Below are positions 1 through 12,656 of a DNA stretch of 64,000 bases, one piece after another. Source of the DNA: Chrysomallon squamiferum (lineage: Eukaryota; Animalia; Mollusca). The stretch's first letter is position 1, and every line of letters starts with the position of its first letter. Location of the stretch: the NCBI GenBank assembly GCA_012295275.1, contig CM022669.1:12090001-12154000 (forward strand), read 5' to 3'. The translations under genes were made by a program, and so were the position numbers. The notes beneath the pieces were generated by a model. That model did not search any database, had not been told where the DNA came from, and was given only the letters and a program-made list of their open reading frames with translations.

Positions 1-3000
1 TCCTAAGCAGTTGAGCCCCAGATCGGCAGTTTACAGCAGGAATTCAGTTTTCTTTCCTATTCAGAATTACGTGCCTTACCCACTTGCTAATAATGTTCTA
101 CTGCACAGCATCGCAACATTAGCAGTCTTGAAGTCTGTTGCCAGCGGACACTTTGAATCTGACGTGAGAGAAAATATCCGAGCAGACATTTTGAAAAAGA
201 TTAACCACTGCTCTCAGTCTGATTCTCCTGTAGCTGAAAAGTTTACCTCTCCAAACATACTTTCACACATAGTGAATTGTCCTATGTCGTCAAACAGGCT
301 TTCTCCAGCATCAAAACCAGTGTCAGCATCTGGGATTTCACCTGTTCCAAGCCAAGTGTCTCCATCCAGACTTTCACTTGTTACAAACCAAGTATCATCG
401 TCTAGGCTTTCACCTGTGTCAAACACAATGTCGTCTGAGTCAACTTCAAAACAAGACAAAATGTATACGTCAAAGCTTGGAAAGTATGATTATTTTTTTA
501 TATTTATTAATTATTTTTTATGTTCAGTTTTCCTGTTGGTGTTTTTTTAATATAAATTTTGTAGTGTTGTTTGTTTTTATAACTATAAATTGCTAAAATT
601 ACTGCTTATACTTATAGTAGAAAGAGTTTCTTTTTTTTAGCGAAGTTTTAAAGTGTAACTAAGGCAGTATTTAAACAAAAGGTTTAATAAAATTACTTAT
701 ATTTCTCTAAGTTACTATTTTATTGTTCATGGCAACAAAATGTGTCAAAACTTTGAATGTTGTCATTTTATCTCTTTGCACCAAGAATCATGGCTTGATA
801 GTGTACGCCGTGGACTGAATTCTGCTTATTTCTGACATTTCCACGGAAAAATGGCTGCACCCAGATTTTTTTCAGCTGTACTCTGTTGTTGTTATTCTTT
901 GTTGTTAATTAAGATTGGAACAAAATAAAAAATATCACGGAAATAGACTCTTTCAACAAAGATACACTTAAAAAAACTTTAACCTTTTGAAAATTGTATT
1001 ATATAGTTCTCTTGCTTGTATTTTTATTTAATTTTTTATGTAGAGAAATACTGTTCATTGTAAATGCCAATACCAAATATTGATTCTTTGATGAACCATA
1101 TTTATTCAGTATAAGCATTGCCAAATATTGCCCTGAAAATTGATAGAAAATTTATTTAAGAAATAATGATGTTTTACTGATAAATCACATGTTGCAAGAC
1201 ATTTTCAACAAATACTTTTATTATAATTATAAATATAAGGCATTAATATTAAACAACCATATCATGTAAAGTTGGTAAAATAAGATTCCTTGTCCTGCGT
1301 TTATGCAACATTCAAACTTTTTTATGTTGAATTTATGTGCTAAAATGTGTTACTTACACATGAGTAAATATGGCAAGTAATTTTATGTTTGTTACACTTC
1401 TGTTTCTTTAAGAATTGCTTAGTATGAATGTTTATATTCTGAAACGTTAAAATTTAATTTTTTACTAGGCGAAGTCGTCAGTCAAGTCCTAAATATTCTC
1501 CTAAGAAGGCGAGAAAAGAAGAAAATAAACAGAGACAGAAAAGTCCAATACCGGATAATATTTTGCCAAGTACACCTTCTGGTTCAACTACAGACAAGGT
1601 ATAAAGTATTTGTAAAAAACTCTGTTAGCATTTCAGGAACTTAGCAGTTACTCTTGGTCTTGTGCCTTTAAATCTGATTATTTTGAGTTGTGCGATTTTT
1701 ACCTTCTCTGCATTTTGAGGCATAAGATTTTAAGTCTCGCATTACTTACTTTCTGAGGAAAAAATATTCATATAAAAAATATCCCTTACTGCTAAAAGAA
1801 ACAATTAGGGCATTTCTTCACATGACTTACAGTCAGAAATAACAGCAGTTGCTGATGATCGACAGATTCATCAGTTTTGTGTTCTTAATACTGTTATTAA
1901 ATTAAACACACTTGAACTTTTTTTTATTTTATTATTTATTTTATTTTGTTAATTTTATTTTTTTAAGATAAGTGAAGCTATAAATATATATTTTTTTTCA
2001 TTTCTTCTTTTTTTAAGATAAGTGAAGCTATTTGGTGTTACTATGTTCAGCAAAGACAGACAGAAGATATTTACCAGAGAAAGATCCAGTTACGGAATGC
2101 CCTGTATGCTGTTCTCAAGGGAGTATTTCCATGTAATTAAAACAAACTTTATTATAAGTGTTCTGTTTGGTTTTGTTTCTTCTTACTGTCACTTTGTAGG
2201 ACACTTGATTCATAAGTTAGCAATGAAATGTTACTCTTGTAACATATTCAGTTTATGAAAAATTACTCTTTAAATATTTATATTTGATTTATTCAGTTTA
2301 TTTGTAGTTTCTTATCGTTAGATTGTTAAGTTAATATTGATTTGTTTATTCTGTATAATTGCATATGTATATATTATATGGCTTAGGTTAAACGTAGTGA
2401 TCTGTATATTTATTTTAATTTTAATGTAGAAATATTAATTTCATTGGCTGCTTATTGCATTTGTATTTATTATTGCTTATTATTAAATTATTATTATTAC
2501 TATTATTATTATTAAATTGTTATTGTTACTCCTGCAGCACAATGTTGTTAATATTTTTATTATTATTTTTATTATTACTGTTCTCATTATAATTATTATT
2601 ATTATTATTATTTTTATCATTATCATTATTATTGTCAGACTGTGGTCTTTACATTGTGGGCTCATCAATGAGTGGTTTCGGAACAAAAACATCAGACATG
2701 GATCTCTGTCTCATGTTGTCTCCTGCACAGGTATCATTTTGGCAATTAATCAAATAATCAAATGGTTTGTTAAAAAAATCAAACTAAATAATAACTGTAT
2801 TAAGCAGAATTAAGCAAATAAACTTCTGAAATAGAAATTTTATTTGTAATACCCAAGTTGGTTATTAATCAACAAAATAATTCATACTCCAATAATTTTT
2901 ATTTGCCACGGTAGTCATTTAATATTTCCTCTGTTTTTAATATGAACAGTTACTTTCTATTTTTTTTTTTTTTTCCAACACAAATGTATGAGAAGAATAA

Positions 3001-6000
3001 CTGCTTTCGTTTTATAAGCTGACTGATGGCTCTCTCTCTCTCTCTCTCTTTAGGTAAGTTATAACATTATTATTATTTTTTTTTTTTTTTTTTTTTTTTT
3101 TACTGTTTTGAACATCTTTTACTTGTTTAAAACAAATTTCTGTTTTTATTTTTACAGATAGATCAGAAGAAAGAAGCAACAGAAATACTATTCATGATCC
3201 ACAGAGCAATACGCAAATGTTGTAAGTGTCCTGAATATTAAAGAATTTTTTTATTTCTCACTCATTTTGAGGTACCGTTTATTTATTTAGTAATAAGCAG
3301 TTATTAGCAGTTATTAGCAGTTATTAGCAGTTATTTTCTGGATTTCTTTTTTTTTTTACTTATTTTTTTTTATTAACAAATCCTGTTTGCTTTTTTCTAT
3401 TACTGTTGTTACTTTTCTAATTTATTGTTATTTTTTTTTGTTTTTTTAAGCTTTCATCAAAAGTCCTACTGTGATAAGAGCAAAAGTTCCTATCATGAAA
3501 TTCTTTGATCATATAAGGTATGCTTAAGTTTAACATATTTAAAGAAAGGTTTCTTTCTTTTTAAAGAAATGTCATACATAACTTTCTTTCACTTTTGCTT
3601 TAAATTTTTTTTATATTCAAACGTATATACATGTTCTGTATTTTACTGATTATATTTTCAAGCAATGTTTAAAAAAATAAATATCAGTTATTACTGAAAA
3701 TTGCTTAGTATTAATTTAAACTTTTAAAAAATAATTTGGATACATATGTATTTATTATTAGTTTAATGTTTAAGAACGTGTTGTTTTTTAGTGGTGTAGA
3801 ATGTGACCTCAATGTGAACAATTCAGTAGGAATCAGAAACACTCATCTACTCAGGTACTATGCATCCAGTGAGTATGAGCACTTTTGTCACAATATCATT
3901 ACAGTAATAATTAATTAATAACTGATTTGTATTTCTTGGAACAATGTGTCACATGTGTGCATGTAGGTATAATTTAAAAAAAAAATCTACACATACAAAA
4001 ATAAAAGTGGTTCATATTTGACTGTTAATAACCATAGAGAAAGATGTTGGAAACAACATTTGCTTATTCATGTATAAATCTCTGTCGGAAAATAATTTTA
4101 AACCTGATTTTTGTGTGTTTTTCTCTAACTCAGTGGACTGGAGAGTTCGTCCATTGATGTTGTTCATTAAACACTGGGCTCGGTTCCATGACATCAACGA
4201 TGCTCGAAAGATGACGTTGTCCAGTTACTCTCTAGCCCTGATGCTCATTCACTACCTACAATGTGAGTCAAACTGTAGAAAGAAATTAAATCTATATTTG
4301 TAAAAATAAAAAAATAATAAAACACTATATATTGTGAATTTTGAAACTCTAATTATTATTATTATTGCTGCTGTTGTTATTACTACTTATTACTAGCGAT
4401 AACTATAATAATTATTATATTTTCAAAATATTATAACTGTTACTATTATTATTATCATTATTATTATATTGTTGCTGTTGTTATGATTATTATTAATAAT
4501 ATTATTATTACTATTATTATTTAATTTGTTGCTGTCACATTTAATACTGCATATAGTGTGCATTATTAAAAGATAATTATAGAGTGAATATTCTGTTTGA
4601 AATCTTGAGGCTTAATTAGATTGTAATAAAAACAATTAAAATACGAAGTAAAAATTATTAATGTCAGTACTTCAGTATCTAAGGCAGAGGGAAAATAATC
4701 ACGCATTCAGTCTTTGTTAACTACTGTCAGTTGTTCATTAACCTTCACCATCAATGTCAGATTAGTGTTACTGTTTTGACTGATCTCTTTGTCTGTATCA
4801 AATTTGTTATCTTTTCTCCTTTTTCTTCACTTACAAAGCCTGCAAGCCTCCCGTTCTTCCATGTTTGCAGACGTTATACCCTGTGAGTATCGTATTCACG
4901 GTTTTGTTTTTCATTTCTCTGTAGTTTTAATTACTACTATCATATGACCTTTGATGTAAAAAAAATTTAAAATAAAATACAAAAAAAGTTATTAATAAAA
5001 ACATTAAAATAATAATATGATACAAAGAAAAAATAAATTGTACAACCTGCTTTGATAAATAAATAATTATTTCGTTACTTTATTCACGTATTTTAAAAAA
5101 TATAAATTAGTTTTTATTGATGCTGTTTGAAAAAGGGTATCCCAACAAGCAAGAAAAACTACTGATTATCTTGGATATACCAGAGCACTGGTTATAACAC
5201 AAAACAATACTGAGAGCAAGTATTGTAAGATTATGTTATTGATACTGTTTGTAATTGTTGTCTAGGATCATTTCAACCCGAGTACTGACATCCGAGATCT
5301 CAAGCTCAGTGCTCCGTTGTCAATGCAGAAAATGCACAACAGTGATTCAATGGGTGACCTGTTTCTTGGCTTCCTCAGATACTACACATGTGACTTTGAG
5401 TAAGTTTTATTTGAAAGTCTTTATAATGCTGATAAATATATATATAATATTTCTGTTTTTTTTTTTTGAATCCCAATATCTGGAATTATCATTGCTGCTG
5501 TTGATTCTGCTACTACTTACTATTATTACAAGCTATCTTGTTTCAAAACCCAAAACACAGAATACTAAAACGTTTATTTTTGGGGTCTGAAATATCATAG
5601 CTACTTTTTTTCAGTGTTCTGATACAAAATGGCTGACATCAGTTGATATTTGTTAGGAGAGTTCAACTTACATCAAGTATTTCATGTCTTAATGCTGCCA
5701 AACTCTGTTAATGATGTGTGTGTATATACTTTTTTTTTTTTTTTTTTTTTTTTTTGAAGCTACAAGAGTCAAGCTATAAGTGTCAGAAAAGGCTGTAGAA
5801 TACAGCGAAGTTCATTGCACTCTCTGGACAGTCCTAGTCAGTGGAAATGTTTCTGTATTGAAGGCAAGTCCACTTTTAACCTACTGTGTAAATAATTTCT
5901 ATGATATGCATATATGTGTGTGTATATATATATAAACATTTTTGTTATTATTATTATTTTTTTTTTTTTTTTTTTTATTGAAATATGTCATATGTAACAG

Positions 6001-6903
6001 TAAACAATTTCTAACAGAAATATTGACAATCCAAATAGAAAGAAAGGTTTTTCAACCCTACATTCCATACTAATATAATTTCTGAAATTTTTCTAGGTTT
6101 AGAGGTATGGAAAATGATTTCTAATTATTAACAAACAAAAAATGTTTCTGCACTGACAAACACATGATATGTAGTAACAAAATGTCAGAGTTTCTTTATT
6201 ACTAATTTTATAAAATTGTAGGATGTTATAAAGTATAATTTTAAAAATCATGCAGCCTTATGTTCTGAGACGATTTCTCTTAATATTTCATTACTGAGAC
6301 TTCTTATTTTGGTAATATTATAGTCTTACTGTATATGAAAAAGAAAGTAAAAAATCAACACTTGCAGTATCCTTTTGTTTTATAAAAAGAAGAAGCAATT
6401 TGTGAATAATCTCTTAAGCATTTTGGTATTAATTACTAACACAGAAATAAATCTTAAATTATTTGTATTAATAGGGGGCTTTGTATTTAATAATTAAAAA
6501 CAAAACGACATATTATAGTCTAGTAAACATTATTTCATATAAATGTGTTTAAAACTAATAATAACATAATTGGTACTGCAGTAAGTAGTGTTGTTTTTAT
6601 TATATTAAACATAATTATTTATTTTTTATTTTTTGTCTCGTTTCTCAACTTATTATTTTTAATTTTCAGTGGTATTGGTGCTATTTTACATATTAAATTA
6701 AACATATTAAACATATTCAAACTGATATTTTTAAATGAACATTACATTATCATTTTGTTTTAGAGCCATTTGATGGTTCAAACACTGCAAGAGCTGTTTA
6801 CGATGAGTACACCTTCACCAGAATCTACCGAGTGATACGAAACAGTTACCTGAAACTTGAACAGACCAAAGATGTAGAAGAAATACTGAAATTTCCCTTT
6901 TGA
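1..6903 (+). CDS. TENT2: Cytoplasmic poly(A) polymerase GLD-2 / TENT2 (PAPD4), 5'-partial, 12 coding exons in window
   Basis: Exons <1-483, 1469-1598, 2018-2132, 2639-2730, 3158-3221, 3451-3517, 3792-3868, 4134-4262, 4839-4882, 5266-5399, 5760-5863, 6764-6903 join in phase. Nucleotidyltransferase motif VGSSMSGFGTKTSDMDLCL, then RAKVPIMKF, VECDLNVNNSVGIRNTHLL, KHWARFHDINDA..TLSSYSLALMLIHYLQ and PAP-associated CIEEPFDGSNTARAV; stop TGA 6901-6903. The frame is open back to the window edge. Confidence 0.93.
3296..3335 (+). repeat. 10-bp tandem repeat (AGCAGTTATT)x4 in a GLD-2 intron
   Basis: Four perfect copies read directly. Confidence 0.9.
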
Positions 6904-8000
6904 CATAGCTGTAGAATGGTCATGTATATATGTATATAGACTCCATTTGTCAACCTTAATTGTAGTTAAAGAGGACACAAATGAAAATCTGGATACAAAT
7001 TTCTAGGATATAACTATTATTTTAGTCTTTCTTGTCTTTTTTCTTTCTTTCTTTCCTTTTTTTTATTTTTTCATTATTTTTTTTATATGTGAATGTGAAA
7101 GATGTTTCATCATTGTGTCTGTTATGTTCATTTCAGAATTATTCAGGATTAATTTATGCTGACAGTTGTGTAAAATATTCGAATGGATTATAATTTTATA
7201 TTTATTTGGCTTTGAAGAAAAAATCAAATTTCAAAATTGTGTTTGTGAGGCAGCTATGTGAAAATTGGAATTGCATTTGTGAATTAATTTAAAGTTGTGA
7301 GAAGCACTTGGTCACTTGCAATGTTTATGGTTCATTTTTGTCACCATGTTTTTCAGGAATGTTTTTAATGAACTGAGCTGCAATATGCACACAAATGGAA
7401 ATATAATTCTTTGAATAAATCTACTTAAAAGCTGAGAATATTTATATTCTTTTAATTTTTAATATATTAAGACCTTTGCTACAGATTTTATAAAGATTTT
7501 ATGAATTTGTATATTGAAAACTAACTTATAAACATAATTTTCATTAAATCAATCAGTGTTACGTATTAAGAAGATATTGAGAAGAGTAAAATTTTGCAAT
7601 ATTATGACAAACTCTTCTTATGCTTGAAAATAAATATTAATACAGTTAAAATAATAATATTAATAAATAAATAAATAAAAACATTTAAAATAATGATTAC
7701 CAAATGTGTTAATCATTGTTAAGATTCATTTAACCAACAATTATTACTATAACCTATTTCATTGTTGTTGTTGTTATGTCACTGATATGAAGTAAAAGGA
7801 TAATCAGTGTTGAAACATTTGTGAACACTTTTCATAAAACACACAAACTGTATAGCTTTTATTATTTTGTATGTGTGTGTGTGTGTGTCGTTAATGGCAA
7901 TGATACTGAATTTTCTAATTCCCAAGGAAGAGATAAAAAGAATCAATTGATATTTTAAATCTTTGAGAGTGCTGGTAAATTATCAAGATATGAAAACTTT

Positions 8001-8760
8001 ATGAAATGTTGGTATGGATTGATTTTTTTTTTTTTTTTAAATCTCAGGAAATGTTGTTCAGTATTTATACTTTAAAAAAGTGAAATATTAGTATGAACTG
8101 ATTCTTTATATCTCATTGAATCCTCATATTTATTGATGCTTGAAAAAAATTGATGTGGATGAATTCACTAAATCTCAGTAAATGATTATGAATAGTGATA
8201 GTTGAAAACTGAAATGTTATAGTGAATAGATTCTTTAAGTCTCAGAGAATGGTTTTAAGTATTTAAACTGAGAAATTTAGTGAAATGTTCATATTGATTG
8301 ATTCTTTAATTCTCATAGAATGATCTTAAAGTGCTGAGTTGTGAAATGTTGATATAGATTGATTCTTTGTATCTCGGTGAATTCTTTTGTGTATTGATAC
8401 TTGAAAAACAGTGAAATATTGATGTGGATCAATTCTTTGGATCTCAGCAAATGATGTTGAATACAGAAACTTCAAAAGAATGTAATGTTGATATGGATTG
8501 ATTATTTATATTTCACTGAATGCTGTTTAGTATTGAAATGTGCAAATGGTGAAATATTGATGTGGATTGATTCATTAATTCTCAGCAAATGTGTTAAGTA
8601 TTGAAACTTGAAAGCAGTGAATGCTTATATATATATTATGATGCTTGAAAACATAGTCAAATGATGGTGCAATACTTATATGGATGAACACTTGAAAACT
8701 TAAACTGTTGTGTAGTTACTCTTTAAAATTCAGTGAATGGCTGTTAAGTACTGAAACTTG
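8001..8760. repeat. Degenerate ~70-bp tandem array (about 9-10 units) downstream of the GLD-2 stop
   Basis: Recurring GTGAAATGTTGATATGGATTGATTCTTT..ATCTCAG..AATG......GTATTGA.ACTTGAAAA; unit starts near 8002, 8081, 8141, 8210, 8281, 8342, 8412, 8481, 8550, 8618. Confidence 0.8.
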
Positions 8761-9991
8761 GTGAACTTGGAATACATTATCTGTGAAAGTTCAGCTACAT
8801 TTTTTGTTTGTTTTCTTCTTATTAGAAGAACTAATTAATATACATGGCATTTCATGTTTGTAATCTTTATCAGTATGACAAGCAGGGAGAATGAAAATTA
8901 TTGGTTTAGAATTTGATGAAAACCACAAAATAGTTAATATTTTTATAATTTAAAAAAAAAAAAAAAAAAAAAAATATTGAGACATCTTATTATATCTACA
9001 TATTAGTGTATTTTGTTTTATACAACTGAGGTTTATGTGCATTTCTTATATCCTGTATATTATATTTGATAATAAACACATTGATTTACACTTCATTTTA
9101 TTACTTTTGCCTTTGTGCATTGAGTGTTTTGCATTTTGTGGTCTTTCATGTTTGTACTGTTAATAATTATTTAATGTCACGAGGCTAAAAATTAGACTGT
9201 GATCTCACCTAAATATAAATAAAAATATTTTTCCAGAGGTTCTAGTCTCCTTTTTTTAAATTTTTTTATTTTTTTAAATTTTTTTTTTTTTTACTATGGA
9301 ACAAGTTGCTTTTGATCAAGTGAGTAAAAAATTAAGATGCTCGAGTTATGGTATTAACCTGTATCAGTTATGTGCTTTGGCCAGTGCCAAAGGGTGCAGT
9401 TCAGGGAGGGAAAAGATGTAGATTCTCATCATGCTTGGCAAGATACAAGGAAATGCAGGGTGCATGCAGCTGGCCATGCAGTTTTGTTTGTTCTTTTCAC
9501 TTCTCACTTTTTAAATCTTCTGATGCTGTCTGTCGTTCTGTTGTCTGATTGTAACACCCAAAACAATTCCCAACTTTTTTTTTTTTTTTTTTTTTTTTTT
9601 GCCAGTGGTCTTTTTATTATTAAAACTCATTATATACAGATAAAAATAAAGAAAAGAAAAAAATGAACCAAAACAAAAACAAGGTTTTGGGATGCAAAAA
9701 ATCCTATATAAATAAATCCTTTAAGAAGAGTAGTGCATAAGGAATTTGCCCACTACATATAAATACTCAAATGTTAAATGAATGTTTCATTTCTAAAGAA
9801 TATCTATATCTTTATATAGATACATAGAGAGAGAGAGATAGACAAAGTTACAATCTACATACCTGCAAATTTCTATTTATTTATTATTTATTTACTTGAC
9901 TGTTCACTTGCTTACTTACTTGTATTTATTTATTTATTTATTTTATTATTATTATTGTTATTGTTATTGTTATTGTTATTCATTGGTCTGT

Positions 9992-11615
9992 CTATGTATC
10001 TTCGTTCGGCTGTATTTCATCTCCAGGAACTTTGTTTGGGTGCATTTCATCTCCAGGAAGTTTGATCGGGTGCATGTCATCATCTCCAGGGCCTTTGTTC
10101 GTGTGCATTTCATCTCCAGGGACTTCAGCATGCTCCTGAGGTGAGACACCTTTTACGTTTCCCGGTGAACCACCTTTGATCGCCCATTCTTGCTGCTTCT
10201 TAGGTTTCTTTGGCTTTTTCGTAGTCGCCGGTTTATCATAATTTTTTCTAGTCCGCGATCTATTACTTTTCACATATCCAGATTCCATGACGGTGTCTAA
10301 ACCCACTTCTTCATAGTCTTTCTCCAAAGCAGCAAGATCTTCGCGAGCTTCGCGAAATTCGTCCTCCTCCATCCCTTCCCCTATGTACCAGTAGACGAAA
10401 GAACGCTTGGCGTACATCTTATCGAATTTGTTGTTCAGAACAGCGAAGGGTTCGGCGATTGCTGTGGTATTGCACATCATGCACAGTGAACGGTTGACTT
10501 TGGGCAGATCACCGTGCGGTACTGCTGTTGGTGGTTGGTAGTTGATACCAACCTTAAAACCTGTCGGACACCAGTCTACAAATTTGACGTATGACCCAGC
10601 TTTGGCATCGATAATTGCTTTATTTACATCCTTTGGTGTTACATCACCGCGGTACAACATGCAGCAGGCCATGTATTTCGATTTCGACGGATCGCATTTT
10701 ACCATCTGGCTGTCGAGACTGAAAGTTTGCCGTGTCAGCGATTTAATCGAAATTACCTTTTTGAATAAATCCTCTTTTGTAGCGATCGGCGCATATGTCG
10801 CTAGTGGAAAGTGGATTCTTGGGTAAGGCACCAAGTTAGTTTGAAATTCCGTCAGGTCTACGTTGAGAGCTCCGTCGAAACGAAGAGATGCAGTGATGGA
10901 ACTAACCACCTGGCCAATCAGCCGGTTTAAATTAATGAAATTTGGTTTTTTAACTTTGAGTCTCTTATTACACATATCATAGATTGCCTGGTTATCAATA
11001 AGAAAGCTGACGTCAGAATTTTCTAGAGTAGTATGAGTTGTTAGGATAGAATTGTAAGGCTCTACGACTGCCGATGAAATATTAGGAGACGGATATACGG
11101 AAAATTCCAGCTTGGATTTTTTCCCATAATCTTCTGAAAGGTGTTCCATGAGGAGCGAGGTAAATCCAGACCCGGTTCCTCCACCAAAACTGTGAAAAAC
11201 TAGGAAACCCTGCAGACCGGAGCAAAGATCGGCCACCTTACGGATTCTGTCCAGAGCTAGTTCTATTATCTCCTTACCAACAGAGTAACGACCACGAGCA
11301 TAATTATTAGCTGCGTCTTCTTTGCCTGTGATTAGTTGTTCTGGATGAAACAGATGTCGATAGCTTCCTGTTCGCACTTCATCTGTCAGGGAGAAAGGAT
11401 TAAAAGGAAATGATGTATAACGCTGTGGTGTGTATGTCTGTCTATATATCTACTACGAATATTATTTAAAGAATTTTTCAGGCCGAACGGGAAAGACGAA
11501 CCACTATTATTTCAGTCAGTTAGACTAAAAGTTAGCTTATCTTTAAACATATGCTGTTATTATTGCTGTTGTCGCTAATGTTAATACATCAGTCAATAGA
11601 TTTTATTTTCAGTCA

Positions 11616-11648
<33 letters not shown>

Positions 11649-12166
11649 TTATCATACCTATCACGGTTGGTTCCAAGTCTACAAAAATTGCCCGAGGAAC
11701 GAACTTTCCCGATCCCGTCTCACTGAAGAACGTTTCAAAGCTGTTATCGCCAGTGAAAACGTTTCTGCGTTTAGAAAGAAGACCATTGCGCTTGATTCCG
11801 TGCTCAAGACAGTACAGTTCCCAGCACGCGTTCCCGATCTGACATCCAGCTTGACCAATATGGACACTGATACATTCCCTCTGAAAAAAATAGTCATGAC
11901 CATAGAAAAATATGTGAATACTACTGAACATTATTAATAACTGCCTAAAGTTTCATCTGATTCGGATATCAGGTAAAGGCATATTTTGCGTCGTGATAAA
12001 TAACAACGACAATAATACAAATCGATAATCATACACATCACTTCGAATTTAAGCCATGCAAGATTCATATAAATACGTAGCAGACCTCCATGTCTATGCT
12101 TCTATCATCTATCTATCTATCTATCTGTCTATCTATCTATCCATCTATCTGTCTATATATATATAT

Positions 12167-12200
<34 letters not shown>

Positions 12201-12420
12201 CATACATATATATGTTAGTGTGTGTTTTTAACAGTAAATCAATATCTGTATCTACCTATCTATCTAGCTGTACACACACACACACACACACAAATATGTA
12301 TATATATTTAAAAGTAAACAAATATTAAAAACAAATAACAAAATTAATAATAAATAATGAATATATATATATATATATAATCTTCTTAGCGGAATAAAAA
12401 TCTTTGAAATCACTTACCAT
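9992..12420 (-). CDS. Divergent alpha-tubulin 1 (538 aa) with long C-terminal extension
   Basis: Exons 12418-12420 (ATG only, followed by GTAAGT), 11658-11880 (223 nt, typical of animal alpha-tubulins) and 9992-11382. MRECIS start, GGGTGSG signature, [38 protein letters not shown]. Confidence 0.95.
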
Positions 12421-12648
12421 TATAAAAGTCAGTCGGATTCCTAGATGTTTTTTTTTTCCCCTCACGACTCTTAAGGGAGGGTTTTTATTATGTAACTGAA
12501 TGTATCAGTGTATTCGCCAAAAATTTAGTAAAACAAAATCTTTGTTGAAGATAAAAAAAAGAAAAGAAAAATAAACAAAAGAAAAGAAAGGAAAAGTTAC
12601 TAAATCAAAATGTAGAAAAAAACAAATAAAACTGACGTAATTCATATA

Positions 12649-12656
12649 TGACGTCA
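12649..12656. promoter_or_regulatory. Palindromic CRE (TGACGTCA) about 230 bp upstream of tubulin 1 ATG
   Basis: Perfect 8-mer; variant sites TGACGTAA (12633) and TGATGTCA (12683) nearby. Function not shown. Confidence 0.45.

Noticed and set aside
8001-8760. Repeat array as CRISPR-like locus
   Set aside because: Eukaryotic context, units diverge along their whole length with no unique spacers, and no cas genes.
6904-9076. Cytoplasmic polyadenylation elements in the GLD-2 3' region
   Set aside because: TTTTAT-type motifs are expected by chance at this AT content.
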